DNA of 61,604 nucleotides, counting the filler, from an uncultured bacterium (lineage in GTDB: Bacteria > CAYJOG01): NCBI GenBank assembly GCA_964371695.1. It is 8 parts of 8 records of this genome, joined end to end, with 100 filler letters (N's around TTAATTAATTAA, not from the genome) between each part and the next. Parts side by side here need not be neighbours in the genome. Positions count along the whole stretch, not along the records: positions 23,264 to 30,867 come from CAYJOG010000121.1; positions 30,968 to 38,566 come from CAYJOG010000122.1; 6 more parts are not named here. The stretch is one strand, 5' to 3'. Positions 25,950-36,900 of this stretch are shown here, piece by piece. A program made the translations under genes and the position numbers. Positions within the stretch are counted from its first letter, which is position 1. Every line of letters begins with the position of its first letter. A model generated the notes under the pieces. It searched no databases. It had not been told where the DNA came from and was given only the letters and a program-made list of their open reading frames with translations.

Positions 25950-27712
25950 AAATGCCAGCCGCCCGCGCTGCCCGCTGTGGCCGCGCCGCCGCCAGCGAGC
26001 CCACCACCACCGAGCGCCGCTGGGCGCGGTGGTTGTATCGCACCGCGTTCATCTGCGGCGCAACGGGGGTGTTGCTGGGCACGTTGATGTGGCTGGCGGC
26101 CATGGTGGGGGCGGCCCATTCTCCGGCCATGCTGGGGCGGGTTTTTCTACCCCAGACGCTCTATTTCCACAGCCGGGTTTTTCTCTCCTGTTTTTTCGCC
26201 TTGTTCATGCTGGGGTTTGGTTATCAGGCGTTTCCGCGTTTCAAGGGCCGCCTGCTGCCCAACCCGGCCCCGGCGCTCGCGGGCCTGTTTCTGGCGCTGG
26301 CGGGGGCGGTGATGTATCTGTCGGGCCTGCTGATGCTGCTGCTGGGGCGCGGCCCGCTTGCCGCCGCCTGGGCTCAGGCCGCTGCGGTGCTGGTGCTGGT
26401 GGGCGTGCTGCCTTTTCCGTGGCAGCTCAGCAAGATCATGCTGGCGCGCACCGCCGAAGACAAAACGCCCTATGACCTGCTGCTGTGGATGGGCAGTGTG
26501 GGTCTGGTGCTGGCGGCTTTGGCCGACGCCCTGGCCCAGTTCGGCCTGTGGCCCACACTGCGGGCGCACGGCACGTGGTTTCTGCTGGCGGTGGCCCCCC
26601 TGGTGCTGGGGGTGTGCCAGCGTTTCATGGGGGGCATTCACGGCCTGAAACCCGCGCCGGTGTGGCGCAACCTGTCCGCTGGCGGGGTGCTGCTGCTGGG
26701 GGCGGCGGCCTGGACGGTTTTTCACGATACCGATGCCAACACCGCTGCGGGACTGGGGGCGGTGGCGCTGCTTGTGGCGGGGCTTTTGACGGGTGCGCCC
26801 GCCTGGGTGCTGCGGCCCGCCCCCAAAGATGACGCCAGCGCGCCGTTTTTCCGCGCCGCCGCCCTGTGGTGGCTGCTGGGGCAGGGGCTGGCGCTTGGGG
26901 CGTGGTGCTCTGGCGTGGTCGGCTCAACACTGCTCAGCACCACCGTGGCGATCTCGGAACATTCCTTTGCCCTGGGTGTCGGGGCCATGTCGGTGCTGGG
27001 CACCAGCCTGCGGGTGGCCCCCAACCTCACCAGCCGCAAGGCGCCTTGGCTGGGCCGGGCGGCGCGGGTGATTTTGTGGCTTTTGAACGGCGCGGTGCTG
27101 CTGCGGCTGCTGGTGCCGCTGCTGGGGGCAATGGGCAAAAACGCCGCCCACCCGCTGGAAGCCAGCGGCCTGCTGCTGTTTGTCGCCACGGTGGTGTGGG
27201 CTGTGGTGGTGCTGAACATGATGCTGTTCCCGGCGTGGCCCGATGTGCAGGCGGCGAGGGCGGGGATTTCCGCCACGACTGCCGCCACGGCGCTGCCGCT
27301 GAAAGACAACACGGTGGAGCAGGCGCTGGCCCGTTATCCCCACGCGCTGGAGATTCTGATTCAGGCCGGTTTCACGCCGCTCAAAAACCCGGCGGTGCGC
27401 GCCGTGATGGCCCCCACCATCACCATCGAGGGGGCCGCCCAGCGCCGGGGGCTGAATCTGGACGCCCTTGTTCACGCCATCGAAACCAACACCCCCTATA
27501 CCCAGCCGGGGCCAACCGCCCCGCCGCCGCCGGGCACGGAAATCCACCCCGACATGACGCTGCTGGTGATTGCAGAGATCAAGGGCAGCAAGGCCGGTGA
27601 GGTGTATGCCCGTTATGGCCTGGACGCCTGCTGTGGCGGCGGCAAAACCCTGCGCGAGGCCGCCACCGCCCACAACCACCCGCTGGAAGAACTGATGCAG
27701 GCGTTGCAGTGA
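25934..27712 (+). CDS. NnrS-like polytopic membrane protein fused to DUF1858-like and ScdA_N (DUF542)-like domains
   Basis: TTG start after AAGGAG. About 12 TM helices with H..F...FMLGFGYQAFPRF and H..ALG...M. TVEQALARYPHALEILIQAGF..LKNP is DUF1858-like; YGLDACCGGGKTLREA is ScdA_N-like. Confidence 0.72.
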   Translation: MSTALKMPAARAARCGRAAASEPTTTERRWARWLYRTAFICGATGVLLGTLMWLAAMVGAAHSPAMLGRVFLPQTLYFHSRVFLSCFFALFMLGFGYQAFPRFKGRLLPNPAPALAGLFLALAGAVMYLSGLLMLLLGRGPLAAAWAQAAAVLVLVGVLPFPWQLSKIMLARTAEDKTPYDLLLWMGSVGLVLAALADALAQFGLWPTLRAHGTWFLLAVAPLVLGVCQRFMGGIHGLKPAPVWRNLSAGGVLLLGAAAWTVFHDTDANTAAGLGAVALLVAGLLTGAPAWVLRPAPKDDASAPFFRAAALWWLLGQGLALGAWCSGVVGSTLLSTTVAISEHSFALGVGAMSVLGTSLRVAPNLTSRKAPWLGRAARVILWLLNGAVLLRLLVPLLGAMGKNAAHPLEASGLLLFVATVVWAVVVLNMMLFPAWPDVQAARAGISATTAATALPLKDNTVEQALARYPHALEILIQAGFTPLKNPAVRAVMAPTITIEGAAQRRGLNLDALVHAIETNTPYTQPGPTAPPPPGTEIHPDMTLLVIAEIKGSKAGEVYARYGLDACCGGGKTLREAATAHNHPLEELMQALQ

Positions 27713-27915
27713 AACCAGCCGGGATGTTTCCAATTTTGCCCTGATAGCGTGATGGGGGTAAAGAAGTTGTTCCAGGGGCAAGGTGGTTCCCCTTCATGCA
27801 ACATAAATCCGCTGTTGTGGCACTTGCCCAGTACCAGAGGCTTTAGTACACTCTGTTTCTTCCATAAACAAATGGCTTCAAAAACAGAATCCCGTATCGT
27901 GGGAGGAGTGCAAAG

Positions 27916-29034
27916 ATGACTGAGGAAACTTCTGCCAAATCCGAAACGCCTACATCCCGAAAAAGGGTGACCAAAGATGATTTGCTTGCAGAGCAAGCCG
28001 ATCTGTTGTTGAAAAAGTCAAATCTTTTGGAAAAACAGGGTGAAAAAATCATAGATTTAGAAAAAAAAATAGAAACTCTTTGTGCGCAAGCCGCGAAAAA
28101 TTCCGTATTAATTAACACTTCTGCCACTGACGCAAGGGCTGCTGTGAGAGATTCGATTGAAGCCAGAAGGAGGACACCGTTAGAGTTCTTAACAAACTTC
28201 AACTCTCAAATTCTTGCGGTTTTAGTGGGCGTATTTGTGATAGTTCTTCTTGGCCTGATTTATGGGTTTAAATTTTCCGGAGATGCCGATACATTAAAAG
28301 AGGACATATCTGCGGCACGGCGTTACTTAGAGGTGGAGAGGGAAAGATTTGAAAAAACTTCAGGAGATGCAAAATCTATTGCAGACAACCTCGATATCTC
28401 AACAAAAGCTACAACTACTCAGCTTGACGCTGCAACTACTCAGCTTAACGCGACATCTGCTGGGCTTCAACAAGCGAACAGTCTGATAAATCAAGTACAG
28501 GAACACGCAAATATAGCAAGAGATAGAGCTGCAGAAGCGAGAGAAAAGGCTGATGAATTGGATAAAAACCTCACAGGAAATATCGAGAAAGTGCAAATTG
28601 GCCTTGATAGAAAGCAAAAAAGCATTGATGAGAAGCTAACAAAATTCCTCAAAAATGATTTAGTGCGATTAAATAACGAGTACTTATCTATGAGCAGAAA
28701 AATAAAAGGTGTAAGAAAAATGATAAACGAATTGGAGAGTGATAAGTTATCTAAAATCAGTGCCAATATAGAACAAAATAAAAATGCGCTATCGCTTCTT
28801 AATGCCAGGGTTTATAAAAAGAAAGAAATAGACGAAAAGTTAATAAAAACCAATGGGGAAATTAAAAATTATGTCGGCTCCGAAATAAAGCGCCTGGATA
28901 TTGATGGCATTGTCGATAGAATATCTCAACTGGAAACAGCTATCGACACCATAAACAGCGACATCGACATGCTTGTGGCTAAAAGAAAAAAGAAACCCTG
29001 CGCAACGAAAGGCGTCAATTCCTGCAATCGATAA
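27916..29034 (+). CDS. AT-rich single-TM coiled-coil protein of unknown function
   Basis: GGAGGAG RBS; one hydrophobic helix (ILAVLVGVFVIVLLGLIYGF) followed by long K/E/L heptads; codon usage unlike its neighbours. Confidence 0.8.
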   Translation: MTEETSAKSETPTSRKRVTKDDLLAEQADLLLKKSNLLEKQGEKIIDLEKKIETLCAQAAKNSVLINTSATDARAAVRDSIEARRRTPLEFLTNFNSQILAVLVGVFVIVLLGLIYGFKFSGDADTLKEDISAARRYLEVERERFEKTSGDAKSIADNLDISTKATTTQLDAATTQLNATSAGLQQANSLINQVQEHANIARDRAAEAREKADELDKNLTGNIEKVQIGLDRKQKSIDEKLTKFLKNDLVRLNNEYLSMSRKIKGVRKMINELESDKLSKISANIEQNKNALSLLNARVYKKKEIDEKLIKTNGEIKNYVGSEIKRLDIDGIVDRISQLETAIDTINSDIDMLVAKRKKKPCATKGVNSCNR

Positions 29035-29334
29035 GTCACCTCCTTATGTTGTAGGCATGACGGCGGAAAAAACCCCAGCTTCAAAAACCACCGGCCCTGC
29101 CCCGAAAACCAGCCAAAACCACCGGCGGCGGCAAACCTCGTGCCAAGGGCGGCAAGGAGCAGCCCCGCCATCCTGCGCCGCTTTTGGGCGTGCTGGAAAA
29201 ACACGAACGCAAACAGGCCCTGTCGGGTCAGCACCGTGTGCTTTGCCCCACCGCCAAAACATGACGCAAATCATAAAACGAGCGGTTTTGGCTGTTTGAC
29301 TCCTTGCAATCGGGTTTTGCATGGCGCAAATTAA

Positions 29335-29357
29335 AAAAGTGAACACTATTCACTTTT
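29335..29357. promoter_or_regulatory. Operator-like palindrome abutting an RBS
   Basis: AAAAGTGAA-CACTA-TTCACTTTT directly before AAGGAG and the ATG at 29370. Confidence 0.55.
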
Positions 29358-29369
29358 AAGGAGCCCACC

Positions 29370-30677
29370 ATGACACAAACCACACCCCCCCCTCCGCCCG
29401 CCGCCACCCAGGGCCAAATCCCCACCGGCGGACTGAAGTTCAAGCATTACACCCCCGCGCCGGGGCATCCGTTCTGGCCAGAGGTCCAGGCCGAGGCCAT
29501 GGCCCTGGTGAAAGAGGCCGAGGCCGTGCTGGACCTCTCCCCGCCCACCGCCGCCGAGGTAGCCAAAGACGCCCTGCGCAAGTTCGACGCGCTCAAGACC
29601 ACCACCCTCACCATGGCCGACAATCGCCGCCGCCAAAAACAGGGCGAGGGCGATCTGGTGCCGGCGTTTTTCATCTGGACCATGCACAACACCTGCAACT
29701 TCCGTTGCGACTATTGCGACAACCACCAGGGCGAAAAATATTTTCACCTCTCCAACCAGGGGCGGCTGGACACCGAAAAATGCAAGGCGCTGCTGGACGT
29801 GATGAAGCCCACCACGCGGGGCATCTATTTTTGCGGCGGTGAACCCACCCTGCGCAAAGACCTGGCCGAACTCACCACCTACGCCCATGAGCAGAACTTT
29901 TACCCCCTCCTCATCAACACCAACGGCAGCCGCCTGCACAAAATGTTCACCGACCCGGCTTTTGCCAAATGGCTCAAACAGATGGACGTGATCATCGTGA
30001 GCCTGGATGGCCTGAGCCTGCCCATGCTGGAAAAACTCTGGGGCGTGAAGCAGGACGCCGTGCGGCAGGTATTCGTGAATCTGCTGGCGCTGCGGGAGCT
30101 GGCGACGCGCACCGGCACCAAGGTGATCGTGAACACCGTGATAACACCGGACACGCTGGACGAAGCCGAAGCGGTGATGAACTTTGCGGATGACCTGGGC
30201 CTGTGGTTTTCGCCCGTGCCGGTAAACCACGGCCCCACGGTGGAAGACAGCCTGATGCACCACCCCGGTTATCAGGCGCTGGCCCGCAGCATCCTTCAGC
30301 GCAAAAAAGACGGCCACAAGGTGCTGGGGTCTTACAAGCTGCTCAAAAAACTGCTGTGGGCCGAGCCGCTGGTGTGCCACCCCACCCTCAAGCCCCACGT
30401 GGACATCGACGGCCAGCTCTATTGGCCCTGCAAAACCGCCTCGGCCATCGCGCCGGAGAAAATCAACCTGCTGGAATATGACAGCCTCAAATCCGCCTAT
30501 GCCGCCGCCAACAAAATGCGCAATGTCGCCAACATTCATGGCCCGGGGCCAGAGCAGTGTCAGGCCCAGTGCAACTGGATGCAGAACTATGTGAGCGACC
30601 GCATTGCCGCTGGCCTGGCGCAACCCCTTCGCAGCGGCCTGTTGGGCGAAGCCCTGGAATTTGCGGGGGTGCGGTGA
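29370..30677 (+). CDS. Radical SAM protein with twitch/SPASM-like C-terminus
   Basis: CNFRCDYC, FCGGEPTLR, INTNGS, VSLDG, C-terminal VCHP...DGQLYWPC...CQAQC. Confidence 0.88.
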   Translation: MTQTTPPPPPAATQGQIPTGGLKFKHYTPAPGHPFWPEVQAEAMALVKEAEAVLDLSPPTAAEVAKDALRKFDALKTTTLTMADNRRRQKQGEGDLVPAFFIWTMHNTCNFRCDYCDNHQGEKYFHLSNQGRLDTEKCKALLDVMKPTTRGIYFCGGEPTLRKDLAELTTYAHEQNFYPLLINTNGSRLHKMFTDPAFAKWLKQMDVIIVSLDGLSLPMLEKLWGVKQDAVRQVFVNLLALRELATRTGTKVIVNTVITPDTLDEAEAVMNFADDLGLWFSPVPVNHGPTVEDSLMHHPGYQALARSILQRKKDGHKVLGSYKLLKKLLWAEPLVCHPTLKPHVDIDGQLYWPCKTASAIAPEKINLLEYDSLKSAYAAANKMRNVANIHGPGPEQCQAQCNWMQNYVSDRIAAGLAQPLRSGLLGEALEFAGVR

Positions 30678-30867
30678 TGACACGTCTCATTGACTGGCAA
30701 AAACAAAACGAGCTTTTTCGTCAGGTGCTGGGGGAGTGTTTCTTCCTCTGCCTGCAAGCCCTGGCGGTGAAGGGTTTTGCCCAGGACACACGGGTGATGA
30801 CGGCGCTGGTGAGCGCCATTGTGCTGGCCCGGTTTGTGGTGATGGGGCAGAAACACGACTGGGTGTT
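30677..30867 (+). CDS. Probable membrane protein, 5' fragment (truncated)
   Basis: ATG overlaps the rSAM stop (TGATG); MTRLIDWQKQ... with hydrophobic segments; runs off the contig. Confidence 0.55.
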
Positions 30868-30967
30868 NNNNNNNNNNNNNNNNNNNNNNNNNNNNNNNNN
30901 NNNNNNNNNNNTTAATTAATTAANNNNNNNNNNNNNNNNNNNNNNNNNNNNNNNNNNNNNNNNNNNN
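30868..30967. other. Artificial contig linker
   Basis: N44-TTAATTAATTAA-N44. Confidence 0.98.
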
Positions 30968-30969
30968 TG

Positions 30970-33900
30970 CTTCAACTGAAAAAAACAGGCGTGGACAAGT
31001 TTGTGGTGCAGAACAACGGCGCCGTGAGCATGAGCGCGGGCCTGAGCGTGTCGGGCGACATCACCGGTAACGTGATTTATGGCGATGGTTCCCAACTCAC
31101 AGGTGTGTTGCCTTTGGCCGGTGGCCTGCTGAGCGGCAACACGGCGGGGCCACAGGGTGTTCTGGATGTGGATCAGAGCGGCGGTGGCCCCATCGTGCGT
31201 TTCCGTCAGGGCGCGGCGGACAAGTTTGTGGTGAGCAACAACGGTGGTGTCAGCGCCAGCGGCGTTGTTACCGCCAGCGCTTTTGTGGGCGACGGCTCGG
31301 CCCTCACCAGCCTGCCTGCTGACCCCAACAAGGTGAACAAAGCAGGCGACACCATGACCGGTGCGCTTACGGTGAGTGTGAACGTCAACGAGGCGGCCCT
31401 GCTGGTGAATCAGAACGGTCTTGGCAATGTCGTGCAATTTAATGTGTCGGGTTTTCCCAGGTTGCAGATGGACAGCCTCGGTAACCTGCATCTTTCAAAT
31501 TCGCTGAACGTGACCAGCGGCAATATCACCGCTCAAAGCCTCCTCACCACCTCATATCTCTCGGCCTCCGCCACGAGCGGTGCGTGGCCCTCGCTGTTTG
31601 TCAACCAGAACGGCCCGGGTGACAGCGCCAGGGTGATTGCATCGAGCACCGGCAAGGCGTTGAAAGTAGAGGTGCTGAACGGCGGCAACAGCGCCGACCT
31701 GATCTATGGCAATCACGATGGCTCAGGCAATCTCATGGTGTTGAAGCAGGCTGCGGCAGACAAGTTTGTGGTGAGCAACAACGGCGGCGTCAGCGCCAGC
31801 GGTGTCGTCACCGCCAGCGCTTTTGCGGGTGACGGCTCGGCCCTCACCAACGTGGCGGCTGACCCGAACAAGGTGAATATAAACGGTGACACCATGACCG
31901 GCACGCTTACCATCAGCGCCAACGTGGGCGGGCTGGATTCGCCGCTGGTGGTGAACAACGCAGGCGCGGGCAGTCTTATTACGCTGGCCCAGGGTGGTGC
32001 GGGCAAGTTTTCTGTAGGTAATAACGGCGACATCATTTTGATGGGGGATATCAACCGAAACCTCACGGGTGATGCCCTGGTGGTGCGTAACAACGACGCC
32101 ACCACCGGCGGCGGCTTGGCGGTGTTGCTGAACGGGGCCACTTCCGGTGCGCTTTTGGGTGGCAACCACATGGGCACGGGCCTGTTGATGCAACTCAAAA
32201 AAGGCAGTGCAGACCGCTTTGTGGTGGAAAACGATGGCAATTTGTCCCTCAGCGCGGTTTCGGCGGCAGTGCCTGCCCTGCGGGTTGACCAGATGAGCAC
32301 CGGCCCGCTCATGGCCCTCAAACAATCCGGGGCGGACAAGTTTGTGGTGAGCAACGTGGGGGGCGTGAGTGTGAGCGCGGGCTTGAGCGCCAGCGGAGAC
32401 ATTCAGGCGGCTTATTTCATTGGTGATGGCTCGCAACTGGTCAATGTGGTGGATTCCGGTCGTGTGAAAAAGACCGGCGACACCATGACAGGTCAGTTGA
32501 GCGTGAGCGTGAACACGGCGCAACCGGCCCTTGTTTTGCGCCAGGATGGCGGGGGCAACCTGCTGGCGCTGGAAAACAACGCCCAGCCCAGGATGGTTGT
32601 TGGCGGCACCGGCACGCTCAGCATTTCCACCGATGCCACCGGCGACGTGCCCATCCAGGTCAACCAGCCTGCGGGCCAGACCGGTAACCTCATGGAACTG
32701 AAAGTCAATGGCACGCCCCTGTTTACGGTGGACAGCGCCGGTGTGCCCTTTGCCAAACGCTTTGCCGCCAGCGGCAGCGCGGCCACGCCGGTTTTCGAGG
32801 CCAACCAGACCGGTGGCGGCCAGTTGGTGAACCTGCGCAACAACAGCCAGGACAGGTTTGTGGTGAGCAATGTGGGTGCTCTCAGTATTTCCACCGGCGG
32901 CACGGGAGACATTCCCCTTCAGGTGAATCAACCCGTTGGCCAAGCGGCCAATCTGCTGGACCTGAAAGTGGACGGCGTGACCATGATGGCGGTGTCCGCC
33001 GCCGGCAACCAGATTATTTCAACCAGCAACGCGGCTGCGATTCCCATGACGCTGGATGCCCCGGTGGGCCAGTCGGCCAACCTGTTGAGGGCGCGTGTAG
33101 GCGGGGGACTTGTGTTTGCCGTGGGGCCGAACGGCAGCATTCCCACGGTGGCGGATATCAGCTCTTCTGGCACCATCACCGCCAGCGCCTTTGTGGGCAG
33201 CGGTGTGGGGCTGACCGGCATTAACGACGCCAGCAAGGTGTCCAAAACCGGCGACACGATGACGGGAACCCTGTCCGTGAGCGTCGGTGCGGGACACGGT
33301 TTGTTTGTCGACCAGGGCGGGACTCTCCCGGGGCTCCGGGTGGAAGTCTCTTCCGGCAACGGGGAAGCCATCTCCGCGTGGATGAACTCAGGCGGGACGT
33401 CCTCGGTCCTGAATCTGGACCAGTATGGCAACGGCCCCGGAATCTTCCTCAACAACAACGGAGTCGGCCCCCAGATTCGGATGAACGTGAACTACGCGGC
33501 GGTGGCGGCGTTCGACAGCCGCGGCCAGTTGAGCATTTCCACTGGCGTTGTCGGCGATGTCCCCATTAGGGTCAACCAGCCCGCTGGCCAGACCGCCAAC
33601 CTGATGCAACTTCAACTCAACGGGGTGGACAAGCTCGTGGTGGACAACAACGGGGGCATCAGCACACCCAGCACCATCACCGCAAGCGCCTTTGTGGGCA
33701 GCGGCGCGGGACTCACTGGCGTCAACGACGCGGGCAAAGTGTCCAAAACCGGTGACACCATGACGGGTACGCTCACTGTGAGCGCCACAGTGGGCCAGCC
33801 GCTGGTGGCGCTGGTGCAGTCGGGTGGTGGGGGCGGCGTGTCTGCCGAAGTGCAGGGAAGCGGTGCCGTGGGCGTGTATGGCAAGAACATCGGGGGACTG

Positions 33901-36900
33901 AATGGCATCGGTGTCCAGGGTGAGTCCAACAGCGGCAACGGCATGGGTGTTTATGGTTTGGCCGATGGTGCGGGGGGCGTGGCGGTGCAGGCATTTGTCA
34001 GCGGCAGCGCCCAGGCGGGGGTTTGGTCCAAGGTAAGCCCAGGTTCCGATGGCTTTGCGGCCCTGTTGCAAAACCTCAACGCTGGCGCCATCACCGAAGT
34101 GGTAAAGGTTTCCAGCGCCGGTGGCGGGCAGGATCTCATCAAAGGGGACCACGCTGGAACGGGCGCGCTGCTGCGGTTGCAAAAAAGCAGTGCCGACCGG
34201 TTGGTGGTGGACAACTCAGGCGGTGTCAGTTCCAGCGGCACCATCACCGCAAGCGCCTTTGTGGGCAGCGGCGCGGGACTCACTGGCGTCAACGCAGTCG
34301 ACCCCGGCAAGGTGGCCAAGGGGGGCGACGCCATGACCGGTTCGCTTTTCATCAGCGCCAGCGCCACACCGCTCATGATTGAAAACACGGGGGCCGGAGA
34401 CCTGCTGAACGTATTCCAGGCAGGCGCGAAAACCCTGACGGTGGATAACCAGGGGGCGCTTTCCGTTTCCAATACAAACACGGCAAGCATTCCATTTAAT
34501 GTCAATGCACCGGCAGGTCAGGCCACCAACATTATTCAGGCACAGGTGGGTGGAGGAACCCGTTTCTCGGTGGGCAACAGCGGCGCGGTGACGGTCAACT
34601 CCCTCGCATCAGGCACGGTGCCCCTCAACATCTCCGCGCCGGCTGGCCAATCCGCCGACATGGCCCAGTGGGCACGGGGCGGCGTCAATCGGGTTGTCCT
34701 CAACAACGCGGGCGCACTCAGCATTTCCACCGACACCACCGCCGACACGCCCATTTTGGTGAACCAGCCTGCCGGGCAGACGGCCGACCTGTTGAGCTTG
34801 CAGGTGAACGGCGCAGACGCCCTGCGGGTGCGCAACACTGGCCAGATAGATCCGGCGGGGCTTTCCAGCAGTGGCGCCCTCTCCGTGAGCGCCAACGTGG
34901 GGGCGGGTGCCTCGGCACTGATTTTTGGCGACAACACCGGCACAGGCAACCTGCTGCGGTTGCAGGCCAGTGGTGTCACCCGGTTCACTGTCAGCAACGA
35001 TGGCCGCATTTCGCTCAACACCAACAACACGGGCACCGAGCCAATTCTGGTTTCTGCCCCGCCCGGCCAAACGGCAAACCTCATGCGCCTCGTGGCCAAC
35101 GCGGCAGACAAATTCACCGTTTCGCCGGTGGGGGGTGTTTCGGCCAGTGCCAACATCAGCGCCAGCGGCGACGTGCAGGCGGCTTATTTCATCGGCGACG
35201 GCAGTCAACTCACCAACCTGCCGCCCGGCGCGGCTGACCCCAACAAAGTCACACGCGCAGGCGACAACATGACCGGCCAACTCAGCATCAGCGCCAGCGT
35301 GGGGCCGGGCGCGCCGCTGGACGTAAACCAGACCGGCGCGGGCAAATTGCTGGAAGTCCGCAAAAACGGCGACACCCGTTTTGAGGTCAGCAACGATGGT
35401 GCGCTTTCCATCTCCATGATCAACGGGGGCGCCACGCCGCTCATTGTGGCGGGCACGGCTGCGCCCGGCGCGCCGCTGTTCCAGGCCAAATATGGCGCCA
35501 CCACGGCTTTTTCGGTGCAGCCCTATGGCGATGTCGAGATGTATCCGGGCAACACGGGGGCCAACGCATTCACCATCAACGCCCCGGCAGGCATGACGCA
35601 AAACATCGTGCGGTTGCAGCGCAACGCCCAGAACGTGATGTTGGTGAACAACGACGGGGCCATCAGCGTGAGCGCCTACACCACCGGTGCGGTACCGTTC
35701 ACCATCAACCAGCCCTCCGGCCACGTCGGGGACCTCATGAAACTGCAAATCAACGGCACCGACCTTTTTGCGGTGGACGCCGCAGGCAGCGCGTGGGTCA
35801 ACAGCGGCAACACGTCTGCCGCACCCCTTACGGTTAACGCTCCCACCGGTCAAACCGCCGACCTGCTGCGGCTGCGTGTCAACGGCGTGAATGCCATGTT
35901 GGTGGACAGCATGGGCGGCGTGAGCAGCAGCGCCACAGTCACTGCCAGCAAATTTGTGGGCAGCGGCACGGGGCTTACCGGCGTGATGACGCTGTCGGGC
36001 GGTCAGGTGGTGGCGGAGACCTATGGCCCCGGCAGCCCCGGCACGGTGATGGACCAGAACGGCACCGGGCCGGTGTTGGTGATTAGAAACGCTGGTTCCG
36101 ACGCCCTGACGGTGACCAACCTGGGCGGCGTGAGTATTTCCACGGCTTTGAGTGTATCGGGTCAGTTGTCGGCGGGCAGTTATTACGGCGATGGCAAAAC
36201 GCTGGGCGGCGTGATGACGCTGTCGGGCGGTCAGGTGGTGGCGGAGACCTATGGCCCCGGCNNNNNNNNNNNNNNNNNNNNNNNNNNNNNNNNNNNNNNN
36301 NNNNNNNNNNNNNNNNNNNNNNNNNNNNNNNNNNNNNNNNNNNNNNNNNNNNNNNNNNNNNCCGACGCCCTGACGGTGACCAACCTGGGCGGCGTGAGTA
36401 TTTCCACGGCTTTGAGCGTATCGGGTCAGTTGTCGGCGGCGAACTTCTTTGGTGACGGCTCTGGCCTCACGAACATCAATGCCACGGACAACACCAAAGT
36501 GGCCAAAATCGGCGATAACATGACCGGCCAACTCAGCGTCAGCGCCAGCACACCCAGTGAGGCCCCGCTCATGGTGAACAACATGAACACCGGCGACCTG
36601 CTGCGCATCATGCGCAACAACATCAACGCGGTGGTGGTGACCAATGGCGGCACGCTGAGCATTTCCAACCCCCTCACCGGCGCGGAGTCGCTGCGGGTGG
36701 ATGCCCCCACGGGCCAGACAGGCAATCTGCTGCGCCTGCGCATGGGTGGTGTGGACAAGTTTATTGTGGACAACAACGGCAATGTGCCCACCATGGGCAC
36801 CCTCAGCACCAGCGGCGCCATCAGCGCCAGCAGCAACATCGGTAACGGGGTATATGCCGAGGTCAGCGGTGGGCCGGGGGCGGCTGTGCAGGGTGTTTCG

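Noticed and set aside
29130-29170. GGCAAAC as a c-di-GMP-I riboswitch start
   Set aside because: Lacks the GNRA-capped P2 stem and the downstream GACGCAAAGC/P3 elements.
31213-34290. Diversity-generating retroelement TR/VR pair among near-identical repeats
   Set aside because: Differences are mostly synonymous and not adenine-specific; no reverse transcriptase in the window.
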